From Candidatus Shapirobacteria bacterium (lineage in GTDB: Bacteria > Patescibacteriota > Microgenomatia > UBA12405): a stretch of DNA of 64,000 nt. The DNA is taken from positions 69,541 to 133,540 of the forward strand of contig JAQWFB010000001.1 of NCBI GenBank assembly GCA_028704635.1, read 5' to 3'. Positions 1-8,998 of the stretch are shown in pieces. The notes under the pieces are model-generated. The model ran no database searches. It was not told where the DNA came from and saw only the letters and a list, made by a program, of their open reading frames with translations. Position 1 is the first letter of the stretch. Each line of letters starts with the position of its first letter. The position numbers and the translations under genes were made by a program.

Positions 1-150
1 GTTCATCAGAAACGTAAGTCACCACACCCTTTCCTACAGAAGAAATAATAATAACTGCCGCAATACCAATAATTATTCCCAACATAGTAAGCAATGATCT
101 TAGTTTATTTATTTTTAAAGAATCAATCGCTGATTTTAATGTTTCTTTTA
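1..150 (-). CDS. ABC transporter permease (MacB/FtsX-like), N-terminal part only, runs off window edge
   Basis: Reverse-strand translation from ATG at 148-150 gives MEIKETLKSAIDSLKINKLRSLLTMLGIIIGIAAVIIIISSVGKG, the typical N-terminal TM helix of MacB-type permeases. Immediately downstream of the ABC ATPase in the same operon. Confidence 0.6.
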
Positions 151-160
151 TCTCCATAAT

Positions 161-868
161 TTATGGTTTATTTTTAACATCTGAAACAATTTTTCCATCA
201 ATTATTTTTATTTTTCTTTTAGCAAAATTAGCAATCTCTTCCTCATGAGTAATAATAATAATGGTGTGACCTTGTTTATTTAAATCTGAAAGTATATTTA
301 TAATTTCTAAAGAAGCTTTACTATCAAGATTTCCTGTCGGCTCATCTGCCAATATCACTGATGGATTCATAATTAATGCTCTAGCAATGGCCACTCGCTG
401 TATTTGACCCCCAGAAATATGATTTGAAAGATTGTCAGCCTTATCAGCAATTCCCACACTCGAAAGCGCCTTCATAACCCTTTGGTTACGTTCTGATGGT
501 GGTATTCCGCCATAAAGCATCGGTCTTTCAACATTTTTAAAAACCGTCATTTTGGGAAGTAAATTAAAAAATTGAAATACAAATCCTATTTCTTTATTTC
601 TAATATCAGCCAATTCATCTTCACTGTAACTGCTAATATTTTTACCCTTAAAAAATTGAGAACCTTCTGTTGGATTATCTAATGCTCCCAATATATGCAT
701 TAAAGTCGATTTTCCACTGCCAGACGGACCAGTAATTGCCACAAACTCTCCTTCATTTATATCCAGGTCAATACCATGTAAAGCTTCATAAAAATCATTT
801 TTACCCATTGGGTATTTTTTAAATATTCCCCTAAGACTAATCAAAAGCGTATCGTTTTTTTTAATCAT
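161..868 (-). CDS. ABC transporter ATP-binding protein, MacB/LolD-type
   Basis: Walker A GPSGSGKST, ABC signature LSGGQIQRVAIARAL, Walker B ILADEPTGNLD, 235 aa. Confidence 0.9.
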   Translation of the reverse strand: MIKKNDTLLISLRGIFKKYPMGKNDFYEALHGIDLDINEGEFVAITGPSGSGKSTLMHILGALDNPTEGSQFFKGKNISSYSEDELADIRNKEIGFVFQFFNLLPKMTVFKNVERPMLYGGIPPSERNQRVMKALSSVGIADKADNLSNHISGGQIQRVAIARALIMNPSVILADEPTGNLDSKASLEIINILSDLNKQGHTIIIITHEEEIANFAKRKIKIIDGKIVSDVKNKP

Positions 869-1996
869 TTATATTTTAAACATACTGGCTTTTGGTGTTT
901 GTTCGCTGGTAAGAGAGACAATAATTTTTTGTCCTTCATTAACTCCTTCAATTATTTGTGTAAACTCTTTTCCTCTTACCCCAATTTTTATCGGTAGATA
1001 TTGAATATTACCTTTATTATCCAAAATTCTAACAGCTCGACCTTTTTGATATGGTTTAATCGCAGTATTAGGTACAGCCAAAACATCAGTCAGTTCGCTA
1101 GTAATAATGTCCGCGTCAGCCGTCATTCCCGATTTTATTTTTTCGTCAGCATCAATCACAGAAATATATAAATTATATTTTGAAACACCCTGAACAACAG
1201 TTCCTTTTTCGTCAAATCTTTTCACCACTCCTTTATAAGTTTTATTTTCAATGGCATCAAATTTAACATCTGCTTTTTGCCCCACCTCAATTTTATTAAT
1301 ATCGTTTTCACCAATAGTAATCAGTATTTCCGTAGGACCACCACTTTTAATAAACAACACCAGATCAGAAGGGGAAAGTAAACTATTAGCCGTAACCATA
1401 GTACCCTCAATTACTGCTAAGTTAGTAATAACCCCAGCAATTGGAGCCACTGCCGTCGAATTTAATAAAGAATTATATTTTGTCTGAGCAGAAACCAAAT
1501 TAGCCTTGGCGGTCAAAAGGGCATCGTAAGCATTGTCGTTAGCAACCTCAGCTGTAGTTCTAGTCTCTTTTTCTAAAAAAGTTTCATCACTATCATTATT
1601 TTTTACATCATCATGGACCCTGTCAACTGTAGCAGAAGAACTACGACGGTTATTTTCCGCCTGTTGTACTGCTGATTTAGCAGACTGATATAAAGCATAA
1701 CCTTCGGCTTTTTCCTGTGGAGTGGCCGTGCTTTTTACACTAAACAATTTTTGTTTTTCAATAACTTTATCACCATTTAAGACATAAACTTTATCAATAA
1801 TTCCTGTAGTTGAAGAATAGATATAAACACCCCCACTTGCAGTGACCGTACCAGATTCAGAAACTATACCTGTTATATTTTTTCTACCTACAGTTTCAAA
1901 AACATATTCATTTTTTTTATTTGAAAAAAAAATCACTCCAACCACAGTTAAAACTATCACCACCATCACAATAATAATCCAGATTGTTTTCTTCAC
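869..1996 (-). CDS. HlyD-family periplasmic adaptor (MacA-like membrane fusion protein)
   Basis: N-terminal TM helix, coiled-coil middle, beta-barrel C-terminal region. Tight operon with the ABC ATPase and permease. Confidence 0.7.
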   Translation of the reverse strand: MKKTIWIIIVMVVIVLTVVGVIFFSNKKNEYVFETVGRKNITGIVSESGTVTASGGVYIYSSTTGIIDKVYVLNGDKVIEKQKLFSVKSTATPQEKAEGYALYQSAKSAVQQAENNRRSSSATVDRVHDDVKNNDSDETFLEKETRTTAEVANDNAYDALLTAKANLVSAQTKYNSLLNSTAVAPIAGVITNLAVIEGTMVTANSLLSPSDLVLFIKSGGPTEILITIGENDINKIEVGQKADVKFDAIENKTYKGVVKRFDEKGTVVQGVSKYNLYISVIDADEKIKSGMTADADIITSELTDVLAVPNTAIKPYQKGRAVRILDNKGNIQYLPIKIGVRGKEFTQIIEGVNEGQKIIVSLTSEQTPKASMFKI

Positions 1997-2081
1997 TTTT
2001 TGTATTAAAACTAACTATTTAATTATACACATAGATATTATTAAAAATGATTTTTGTATCCTCAATGCTAAAATGTAAACA

Positions 2082-2294
2082 ATGAACCTAAGTAATAAAA
2101 GCTACACAATTTTTATTGGTACCAAAAATTTCACTGAAAAATATTACAAAGATAAAAATGGATGGTTAAAAATATCGGCAAAAGGAAATAAATTCCGAAT
2201 GACAGCTGAACAGGTCCTTAATCATTTATTACCCGCATTAGCTGATGTCAAGAAAAATTTGATTTTAAAAGTTGAACATCAAGATACCCCTTAA
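2082..2294 (+). CDS. hypothetical protein
   Basis: 70-aa ORF immediately upstream of, and abutting, the 2H phosphoesterase gene. Confidence 0.3.
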   Translation: MNLSNKSYTIFIGTKNFTEKYYKDKNGWLKISAKGNKFRMTAEQVLNHLLPALADVKKNLILKVEHQDTP

Positions 2295-2866
2295 TGAAAA
2301 CAACCTCTCATTTTTTAGGAATAAATTTAAATAATAAATTATTTGCCGGACTATTCAAATCTTTACAAAAATATTTAAAAGAAAATAATATTGAAGATGT
2401 AATTAGTCTCCAAAATCTATCATCCTTACACATAACGATTTATTATTTTGGTGAAAATTTGGACGATGCAACTTTATCTAATTTAAAAAATGATTTATTA
2501 ACCTTGAACAAAAAAGAAAATTTATTTCCCATTTTTATTGATGAAGTAAACTTTTTTATGCAAGAAGGACAAAATCAACTTTGTTATTTATATCCCTTAA
2601 AAGATAGAAAAATATTAGAAATAAATTCAATTTTAAAACTAAAATATCTTAACAAAATTGTCGATAATAATTATCCTAAATATGTTCCTCATATAACCAT
2701 TTTTAAAATAAAAAATTTCGATTTATACCAAAAACATCAAGAAAATATATTGGCCATAATAAAACATTATCTTAAAGGAATCCGACGAGATAACGCTTTT
2801 AAATCCTTTAATCTTTTTTCAGTTAATTCAACTTTATCCCCAGAAAAGTACACCGTAATTTTTTAA
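2294..2866 (+). CDS. 2H phosphoesterase superfamily protein (LigT/ThpR-like 2',3'-cyclic phosphodiesterase / 2'-5' RNA ligase)
   Basis: Two H-x-T-x motifs about 90 aa apart (LHITIYYF and PHITIFKI), 190 aa, typical of the 2H fold. Confidence 0.6.
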   Translation: MKTTSHFLGINLNNKLFAGLFKSLQKYLKENNIEDVISLQNLSSLHITIYYFGENLDDATLSNLKNDLLTLNKKENLFPIFIDEVNFFMQEGQNQLCYLYPLKDRKILEINSILKLKYLNKIVDNNYPKYVPHITIFKIKNFDLYQKHQENILAIIKHYLKGIRRDNAFKSFNLFSVNSTLSPEKYTVIF

Positions 2867-2892
2867 ATAAAAAATCCCCTAAAGTAGGGGAT
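2864..2892. terminator. intrinsic terminator hairpin, mainly for the minus-strand operon ending at 2947
   Basis: Stem atcccct / aggggat with 5-nt loop (2874-2892). On the minus strand it is followed by a T-run (A-run 2864-2873 on plus). Confidence 0.5.
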
Positions 2893-2946
2893 TAATGCGT
2901 GTTGCCCGTGCCGGTCGTGCCCAATTCTATCACTATAATCTGAACA

Positions 2947-3528
2947 CTAACTACCAATTTGTTCAACCCAATCCTGAACATAGGTTTTTATTCGATCAAT
3001 CTCATCGTCTGGTAGTAAACCAGAGTGCATAATAACATTTCTAGACATCTCAAGGTCATCAAACCTAGAAGTTAACCAAGCCTGATTAGGAACTAAATCA
3101 GAAAAATCTGACCAATTATTAACCACAATATCAGACAAATCACCAAAAGTTGTATAACCAATATCGTTCGTGGATCTTTGCGAATGATATTTATTTTTTA
3201 ACTCTTTATTTTTTAAGTCCAGTACTCTTTTTTTTACTCTATCAGGAACACATTGGTTCCACCAGTCTTTACCACATCTTTCAAATAATCGATCAACAAT
3301 TAATTCTCTCGCAGAATTTTCTAAACAATGGAAAACAATATAAACTGAAGACATTTTATTTGCATCAGAATTTATCCTGGGGTTAAAACTAAATTTTTCT
3401 ACATCAATTCTTGGATTAATTAATTTTGTTTCACTTTTTAATATTCCATCAGAAATAAACTTATCCAATTGACATTGGACAAGCATTCCATCCATTACCA
3501 TTTTCTTTAAATTAGAGATGGATTTCAT
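2947..3528 (-). CDS. HEPN-domain protein (Swt1-like HEPN, putative RNase)
   Basis: Rx4H motif SRNVIMH near the C-terminus, predicted all-alpha. Start overlaps the stop of the upstream gene (ATGA). Confidence 0.5.
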   Translation of the reverse strand: MKSISNLKKMVMDGMLVQCQLDKFISDGILKSETKLINPRIDVEKFSFNPRINSDANKMSSVYIVFHCLENSARELIVDRLFERCGKDWWNQCVPDRVKKRVLDLKNKELKNKYHSQRSTNDIGYTTFGDLSDIVVNNWSDFSDLVPNQAWLTSRFDDLEMSRNVIMHSGLLPDDEIDRIKTYVQDWVEQIGS

Positions 3529-4178
3529 TGTTCCATTAAGTTTTCTTTAATACTTTTAAAAATCGCATTATATATATTTATATCGGTAGTCGCAGGTAAA
3601 TGAATTTGAATATTATAATGAAAATCCACCATTTCTTGTTTTATATACGGCTGTTTCGTTTTTTTCTCTTCCTCTGTATTTCTATCTTTTTTCTCAGTCT
3701 CAATTGGAAAGAGTGAATCTCTTTTTTCAAAATTAGCTAGTGGTAATAAAGATTTAAAGGTATTTAGATAACGAACGACAGTAGCATCATCCTTACCAGT
3801 AACCCTACCAATAGCTCCTTTTATTTCTGAATCAACAGCCTGATTAATATTAACGTTTAAAGCAAATAAATCAGAATATAAATCTCTTATCCTATCAGCC
3901 AAAACAACACCAAAATCTCCGCCGTCCTTTAATCTATTAAAATACTCTGTAGGAGCTCCATCTTGTGTCAAAAACCCCAACCTCTTTATCAACGGAATAA
4001 AAGCTCTGTCGTTAGTGCTAGAAAAACCCAATCTTCTTAAAAAATCGACAGTAAATCTTTGAGGAATCTCTGCTGATTTAATCTTCTCAAAGATAGCAGG
4101 AATTTTGTTGTTAGATATCATGTAGGGATATTCCATCATAATTTTAAAAAATATTAAACTGACGACATGATACACCAA
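3525..4178 (-). CDS. hypothetical protein, translationally coupled partner of the HEPN protein
   Basis: 217-aa ORF with a 4-nt overlap with the downstream HEPN gene. No recognizable catalytic motif. Confidence 0.45.
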   Translation of the reverse strand: MVYHVVSLIFFKIMMEYPYMISNNKIPAIFEKIKSAEIPQRFTVDFLRRLGFSSTNDRAFIPLIKRLGFLTQDGAPTEYFNRLKDGGDFGVVLADRIRDLYSDLFALNVNINQAVDSEIKGAIGRVTGKDDATVVRYLNTFKSLLPLANFEKRDSLFPIETEKKDRNTEEEKKTKQPYIKQEMVDFHYNIQIHLPATTDINIYNAIFKSIKENLMEQ

Positions 4179-4305
4179 AACATAAAATTAATAAAATTTT
4201 TCTACAGGTTTAATCCGTTCGCTGTTTTCAAAGACAAAAATTCAATTTCAAAGGTAAAATAGGTAAAATATAGAAACATCGGACACCTCAAAGCGCTCAA
4301 TTTTG

Positions 4306-4376
4306 TTGCCCCGCATGGATTCGAACCACAATACTCAGCTCCAAAGGCTGATGTCCTACCATTAGACGACGGGGCA
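4306..4376 (-). tRNA. tRNA-Gln (anticodon TTG)
   Basis: Manual fold: acceptor TGCCCCG/CGGGGCA, anticodon stem TCAGC/GCTGA with loop CTTTGGA, T-loop TTCGAAT. Confidence 0.8.
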
Positions 4377-4472
4377 CTAAGACAGGGGAATCATACCAAA
4401 AAAGACACCTCAAAACAAGCCAGAAAACCTTTTTTTAATAAATTTTTAATAAAAAAAATCATAATTTAAAAG

Positions 4473-5645
4473 GTGAATAAGATAATAGAAACTGAAAGAA
4501 TTCCTATTAAACTTTGGCTTGATGATATTGATGATAAAACCTTACAACAAGCCAAAAATCTTGCTAATTTACCTTTCGCTTTTCACCATATCGCCATTAT
4601 GGCCGACGCCCATGTCGGTTACGGCATGCCCATCGGCGGTGTTCTTGCCACTAAAGGTATGATTATTCCCAATGCTGTCGGTGTCGATATTGGTTGCGGT
4701 ATGTGCGCCGTCAGAACTTCTTTAACCCAAATCGACAAAGAAAATCTTAAAAAAATATTAGGACAAATCAGAACAGTTATCCCTGTTGGTTTTGCTCATC
4801 AACGTAAAAAACAAGCTCTTTCAGAACTATCCAAAATAGATTCCAACACTCTTGTTTCAAAAGAATATGAACATGCTCAATACCAAGTCGGCACTCTTGG
4901 TGGCGGTAATCATTTTATTGAAATTCAAAAAGGTAGTGATGGTTTTATTTGGATTATGGTTCATTCTGGCTCTCGAAATTTAGGTAAAAAAGTTGCCGAT
5001 CATTACAACCGCTTAGCCATTGAATTCGACAAAAATCATTTCCCTAATTTTGACAAAAAAATACAACTCGCATTTTTACCAATCGATTCTGCCGAGGGTC
5101 AAAAGTATTTAAAAGAAATGCAATATTGTGTTGATTTTTCTCTAGCCAACAAGAAATTAATAATAAATCGAGTCATGGATATTTTCAAACAATTTTTAAT
5201 TCCCAAATTTACCAACAAAATAGATTTTGGAGAAATAATAAATATTGCCCATAATTACGCCTCTTTTGAAAACCATTTTGGAAAAGATGTAATCGTTCAT
5301 CGAAAAGGCGCCACTAAAGCCAGTGTCAACACCATTGGTATTATCCCAGGTTCTCAAGGTTCAAACAGTTTTATTGTCCAAGGACTTGGAAATCCAGAAT
5401 CTTTTGAATCTTGCAGTCATGGTGCTGGCCGAAAATTAGGCCGAGAACAAGCCAAAAAAACACTAAACTTAACCGAGGAAATAAAAAAATTAGAAAATTT
5501 AGGCGTGTTGCACACCATTCGAGGTGTAAGAGATTTAGAAGAAGCCGCAGGCGCCTATAAAGACATTGATATCGTCATGCAAAATCAAAAAGATTTAGTA
5601 AAAATATTAGTCGAATTAACTCCACTAGCTGTCGTAATAGGCTAA
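4473..5645 (+). CDS. rtcB: RNA-splicing ligase RtcB
   Basis: Motifs HVGYGMPIGGV, HSGSRNLG and SCSHGAGRKLGR, which include the metal-binding His and the HGAGR block of RtcB. 390 aa. Confidence 0.8.
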   Translation: MNKIIETERIPIKLWLDDIDDKTLQQAKNLANLPFAFHHIAIMADAHVGYGMPIGGVLATKGMIIPNAVGVDIGCGMCAVRTSLTQIDKENLKKILGQIRTVIPVGFAHQRKKQALSELSKIDSNTLVSKEYEHAQYQVGTLGGGNHFIEIQKGSDGFIWIMVHSGSRNLGKKVADHYNRLAIEFDKNHFPNFDKKIQLAFLPIDSAEGQKYLKEMQYCVDFSLANKKLIINRVMDIFKQFLIPKFTNKIDFGEIINIAHNYASFENHFGKDVIVHRKGATKASVNTIGIIPGSQGSNSFIVQGLGNPESFESCSHGAGRKLGREQAKKTLNLTEEIKKLENLGVLHTIRGVRDLEEAAGAYKDIDIVMQNQKDLVKILVELTPLAVVIG

Positions 5646-5649
5646 AATG

Positions 5650-5731
5650 TGCCGATGGAGGGACTTGAACCCCCACGCCTTGCGGCATACGCACCTCAAG
5701 CGTACGTGTATACCAATTTCACCACATCGGC
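5650..5731 (-). tRNA. tRNA-Leu (anticodon GAG)
   Basis: Manual fold: acceptor GCCGATG, anticodon loop TTGAGGT, long variable arm, 82 nt. Confidence 0.8.
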
Positions 5732-5807
5732 AAAAAAAATAAATACTAAAATATTCTTTTGAATATTTAGCAAAAATTAAATTTTAAAAGTAAATAATAA
5801 TTTTAAG

Positions 5808-5880
5808 TGGCCACTGAGGGACTCGGACCCCCGACATCTTCGATGTAAACGAAGCGCTCTACCAACTGAGCTAAGTGGCC
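5808..5880 (-). tRNA. tRNA-Val (anticodon TAC)
   Basis: Manual fold: GGCCACT acceptor, anticodon stem CTTCG/CGAAG, loop TTTACAT. Confidence 0.8.
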
Positions 5881-5901
5881 CTCAGGGTCTGAAATAAAAT
5901 G

Positions 5902-5974
5902 AGCGAGAGACGGGATTCGGACCCGCGACCTTCTCCTTGGCAAGGAGACGCTCCACCAATTGAGCTACTCTCGC
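5902..5974 (-). tRNA. tRNA-Gly (anticodon GCC)
   Basis: Manual fold: GCGAGAG acceptor, loop TTGCCAA, discriminator U. Confidence 0.8.
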
Positions 5975-5999
5975 ATATTTATATATTATATCAATTTTG

Positions 6000-6072
6000 T
6001 GCCGAAGGTAGGACTCGAACCTACATCCCAGGTTTTTCAGACCAGTGCCGTGACCATCTTGGCTACTTCGGC
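6000..6072 (-). tRNA. tRNA-Phe (anticodon GAA), slightly atypical
   Basis: Manual fold: GCCGAAG acceptor, anticodon loop CTGAAAA, T-arm GTAGG/CCTAC. The anticodon stem has one U-U mismatch and the D-arm is unusual. Confidence 0.55.
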
Positions 6073-6122
6073 TAGAAGTGTCCTTATTATAAAGGAATAA
6101 GGTCAAAAACTAAAGAATTAAG

Positions 6123-6203
6123 TGCCAAGGGTGGGACTTGAACCCACATGTCTTGCGACACACCGTTCTGAGCGATGCTTGTATACCATTTCAACACCTT
6201 GGC
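6123..6203 (-). tRNA. tRNA-Leu (anticodon CAG)
   Basis: Manual fold: GCCAAGG acceptor, anticodon stem CATCG/CGGTG (one G-U), loop CTCAGAA, long variable arm. Confidence 0.8.
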
Positions 6204-6252
6204 AAAGTAAAGTATTCTACCATTTTAAGGCAATTTAATTGTAAAATCAGAC

Positions 6253-6708
6253 ATGAAACAAGCCACACTTTTATTTTTACTAAAAGACAATCAGATTCTT
6301 TTAGCCATGAAAAAACGTGGTTTTGGCCAAGGTCGCTGGAATGGTGTTGGTGGTAAACCAGAAGAAAACGAAAACATATTAGACACTGCTGTTCGTGAAA
6401 CCCAAGAAGAAATTAGTGTTATTCCTAAAAATATTTCTCAAGTCGCCACTCTGGATTTTTATTTCCAAAATAAATCAGAATGGAATCAACAGGTTTTAGT
6501 TTTTATCACCAATGATTGGGAAGGGGAGCCATCTGAGTCAGAAGAAATGAAACCCCAATGGTTTGAAACCAACAATCTTCCTTTTGATTCTATGTGGCCC
6601 GACGATCCATTTTGGTTACCTTCAATTTTATCTGGTAAAAAAATTCAAGCCGAATTTACTTTTGGTGATAACGATATTGTTTTAGACAAAAAAATAAATG
6701 AAATCTAA
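6253..6708 (+). CDS. NUDIX hydrolase (MutT-like)
   Basis: Nudix box GGKPEENENILDTAVRETQEEISV, which fits Gx5Ex7REUxEExGU. Confidence 0.85.
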   Translation: MKQATLLFLLKDNQILLAMKKRGFGQGRWNGVGGKPEENENILDTAVRETQEEISVIPKNISQVATLDFYFQNKSEWNQQVLVFITNDWEGEPSESEEMKPQWFETNNLPFDSMWPDDPFWLPSILSGKKIQAEFTFGDNDIVLDKKINEI

Positions 6709-7507
6709 TATTTCCAAAAAAGACATCGAATCAGGTAAAGAAATAATTGAAAAATTATCAAAATTAAATCCAAAATTATTACCCCATCACTTAAAAGATA
6801 TTATTTCTGATTACCAAAAATTTTTACCTCATCCCCAAAAATACGGTCTTTGGTCATCAAATAAAACCAAACATCCTAAATTTAGCCAAAAATATGACAA
6901 AATTCTACTTTTACTTAACGGTGTCACCGCCGGCGGTAAAGATGCTATCCATCAAGAAATGGAAAAATTAGCTCCAAATTTGTTTTCTAAAGCAGTCACT
7001 GCCACTTCTCGTCCACCTCGTGAAGGCGAAGTTCACGGTCAAGATTATTATTTTTTCGAAAACCATAAAATTTTTAGACAATCACTTAAAAATGGTGAAT
7101 TTCTTGAATATTATCAAAGAGGAGAAACTTATTACGGTCTTCCCAAAAAAAGTTTGGAAAATTCTATTAATCATCCCAGTCCAATCATTTATTCTCAACT
7201 TGAAATGAGTGGTTGGTCAAAAGCCGAAAAATACATTTCCGCTAATCATCCTAATATTTTTATTTTAAAAATTTTTGTTATTCCAGATATGAATTTTTCC
7301 GATTACAAAAATTGGTTAATTGAAAAAAGAAGTGATAATGATTTAGAATCTCGTCTTAACAAGACTGGTTGGGAATTAAAAAAAGCCCCAAAAAAATCCG
7401 ATTTTATTATTATCAACCATATTGAAGAAAATACTGATTCTCTCACTCGCACCGCCCAAACTATTATCAATCAAATCACTGATTTATTAAAAAACCCAAT
7501 TAAATAA
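6698..7507 (+). CDS. guanylate kinase-like domain protein with non-canonical P-loop
   Basis: TSRPPREGEVHGQDYYF matches the guanylate kinase TTRPPRxGExDGxDYxF block. The P-loop is GVTAGGKD (Ser/Thr replaced by Asp). Extra N- and C-terminal extensions. Confidence 0.5.
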   Translation: MKSNISKKDIESGKEIIEKLSKLNPKLLPHHLKDIISDYQKFLPHPQKYGLWSSNKTKHPKFSQKYDKILLLLNGVTAGGKDAIHQEMEKLAPNLFSKAVTATSRPPREGEVHGQDYYFFENHKIFRQSLKNGEFLEYYQRGETYYGLPKKSLENSINHPSPIIYSQLEMSGWSKAEKYISANHPNIFILKIFVIPDMNFSDYKNWLIEKRSDNDLESRLNKTGWELKKAPKKSDFIIINHIEENTDSLTRTAQTIINQITDLLKNPIK

Positions 7508-7954
7508 TTAATTAATCTTTTTACCGTGTTCAATTAAAGCTTCTATTCTTTGCCAAGTATAACCAGGTAATTCATCTTTCATTTTTACCATTTCACTTAA
7601 AGTTAACCATCTAATTTCTTCCTGATCTTCCAATGGTTGCGCTTCACCTGATTTGTAATAACACAAAAAGGTCATCATAATTACATGGTGACCGCTAATT
7701 CGAACAAAGCCATCGTTATAAATAAATTCAATATGATCTTCTATCTCTAATCCAACCTCTTCCATTATTTCCCGTTTTAAGGCATTTTCGATAATATCTT
7801 TTCCAATTTCATCATCTAATTTTCCACCAGGAAAACTCCATTGACCTCCAGCCTGTAGATCATTAAAACTTCTCCTCGCTAATAAATATTCATCACCCTT
7901 TTTAACTATTCCTGTAACTGCAACTACATGAGTTGTAATGTCATTTTCTTCCAT
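7508..7954 (-). CDS. NUDIX hydrolase
   Basis: Nudix box GGKLDDEIGKDIIENALKREIMEEVGL. Confidence 0.85.
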   Translation of the reverse strand: MEENDITTHVVAVTGIVKKGDEYLLARRSFNDLQAGGQWSFPGGKLDDEIGKDIIENALKREIMEEVGLEIEDHIEFIYNDGFVRISGHHVIMMTFLCYYKSGEAQPLEDQEEIRWLTLSEMVKMKDELPGYTWQRIEALIEHGKKIN

Positions 7955-8298
7955 TATTTTTTAGTTTTTTTAACCAAATTATTTTCCGGATTTTTATGAT
8001 TATATTTTCCCAAAATTTCCTTACTCACCATTTCAAAAGCTTCCTCAATATCCACTCCTAGTTGATTGGCCAAACGACAAGTTCCAAAAAATAAATCACC
8101 AATTCCATCTTTAAAAATCATTTTATTTTTATCAACAAATTCAATTCTTTCCTCTTCATTTTTATAACGAAGATATTGAGACATCTCAATTAACTCTTCG
8201 TGTAAATGGTCAAATTTATCAATATTTGGCGTATCTTTCCAGTTATTTCTTTTAGAAAAATCTTTTACCAATTTTTGAGCCTCTTTAATGGTTTTCAT
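7954..8298 (-). CDS. MazG-like nucleotide pyrophosphohydrolase (all-alpha NTP-PPase)
   Basis: EELIEMSQ ... GDLFFGTCRLANQLGVDIEEAFE, the EExxE/D metal-binding helix pattern of the MazG/HisE fold. 114 aa, start abuts the preceding Nudix gene. Confidence 0.6.
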   Translation of the reverse strand: MKTIKEAQKLVKDFSKRNNWKDTPNIDKFDHLHEELIEMSQYLRYKNEEERIEFVDKNKMIFKDGIGDLFFGTCRLANQLGVDIEEAFEMVSKEILGKYNHKNPENNLVKKTKK

Positions 8299-8397
8299 TT
8301 TTTTTATTTATTCTTATTTTACCAATTGCCTTTTAAGATATCACTTTCATATATGATTCCATAATTCTACTAAATAAATCCCAAAATTTTTATAATA

Positions 8398-8832
8398 TTA
8401 ATACTCAATAAAATTAACATCTAAAATTATCTGCGAACATAAACTTCCTTTAGAAGCTGCTTCCTTTAAAAGATTTAAATCCATTGTCCATTTTTGATCA
8501 ATATATTTTGTATTTACCGTTTTAGCTTTAAATACTGACGGGGCTCTACCAACTAACTTTGATTTAATATCCATTAATATAAAATCGTAATCACCTCTAT
8601 CAACTCTTTTAATCCCCATAAAACCAACTGGTTCTATTTCAGTGTTAAGCTTTTCCTTTCCTACGCGTCTTACTGCATCCTCTGGTAACTCATTACCTTT
8701 AATAGTAACTGCCGGTAAACCCCAAACATTCGGCAATTTATCATCATCCTCTGGTCTTTTAACAATTAAGAACTCTTTATCATTTTCAGGATTTATTAAA
8801 AAAATTGCAACCGAAAATTTTGTGTCTTTCAT
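8398..8832 (-). CDS. divergent Nudix-like protein
   Basis: Degenerate Nudix-box-like segment GNELPEDAVRRVGKEKLNTEI. Sits with two canonical Nudix genes and MazG. Confidence 0.35.
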   Translation of the reverse strand: MKDTKFSVAIFLINPENDKEFLIVKRPEDDDKLPNVWGLPAVTIKGNELPEDAVRRVGKEKLNTEIEPVGFMGIKRVDRGDYDFILMDIKSKLVGRAPSVFKAKTVNTKYIDQKWTMDLNLLKEAASKGSLCSQIILDVNFIEY

Positions 8833-8855
8833 AATTAAAAAAAATCAAACCTTTG

Positions 8856-8926
8856 AGCGGGTAGGGGGAATCGGACCCCCGCCGAAAGATTGGAAATCTC
8901 TCGTTCTACCACTAAACTATACCCGC
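8856..8926 (-). tRNA. tRNA-Gly (anticodon TCC)
   Basis: Manual fold: GCGGGTA acceptor, anticodon loop TTTCCAA, discriminator U. Confidence 0.8.
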
Positions 8927-8998
8927 ATTCAAACTCAATTTTACACCATACTACGGGTACCTTCAATCTTTTATTAATTAAGTAGAGTAAAATAAATT

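Noticed and set aside
1251-2078. Antisense ORFs 1251..1487 and 1842..2078 inside or near the HlyD gene
   Set aside because: Low-complexity translations embedded in or opposite a well-supported gene.
5882-6356. ORFs 5882..6106 (-) and 6138..6356 (+) from the six-frame track
   Set aside because: They run through tRNA-Gly(GCC), tRNA-Phe and tRNA-Leu(CAG) and have no protein-like features. They are artefacts of open frames across tRNA genes.
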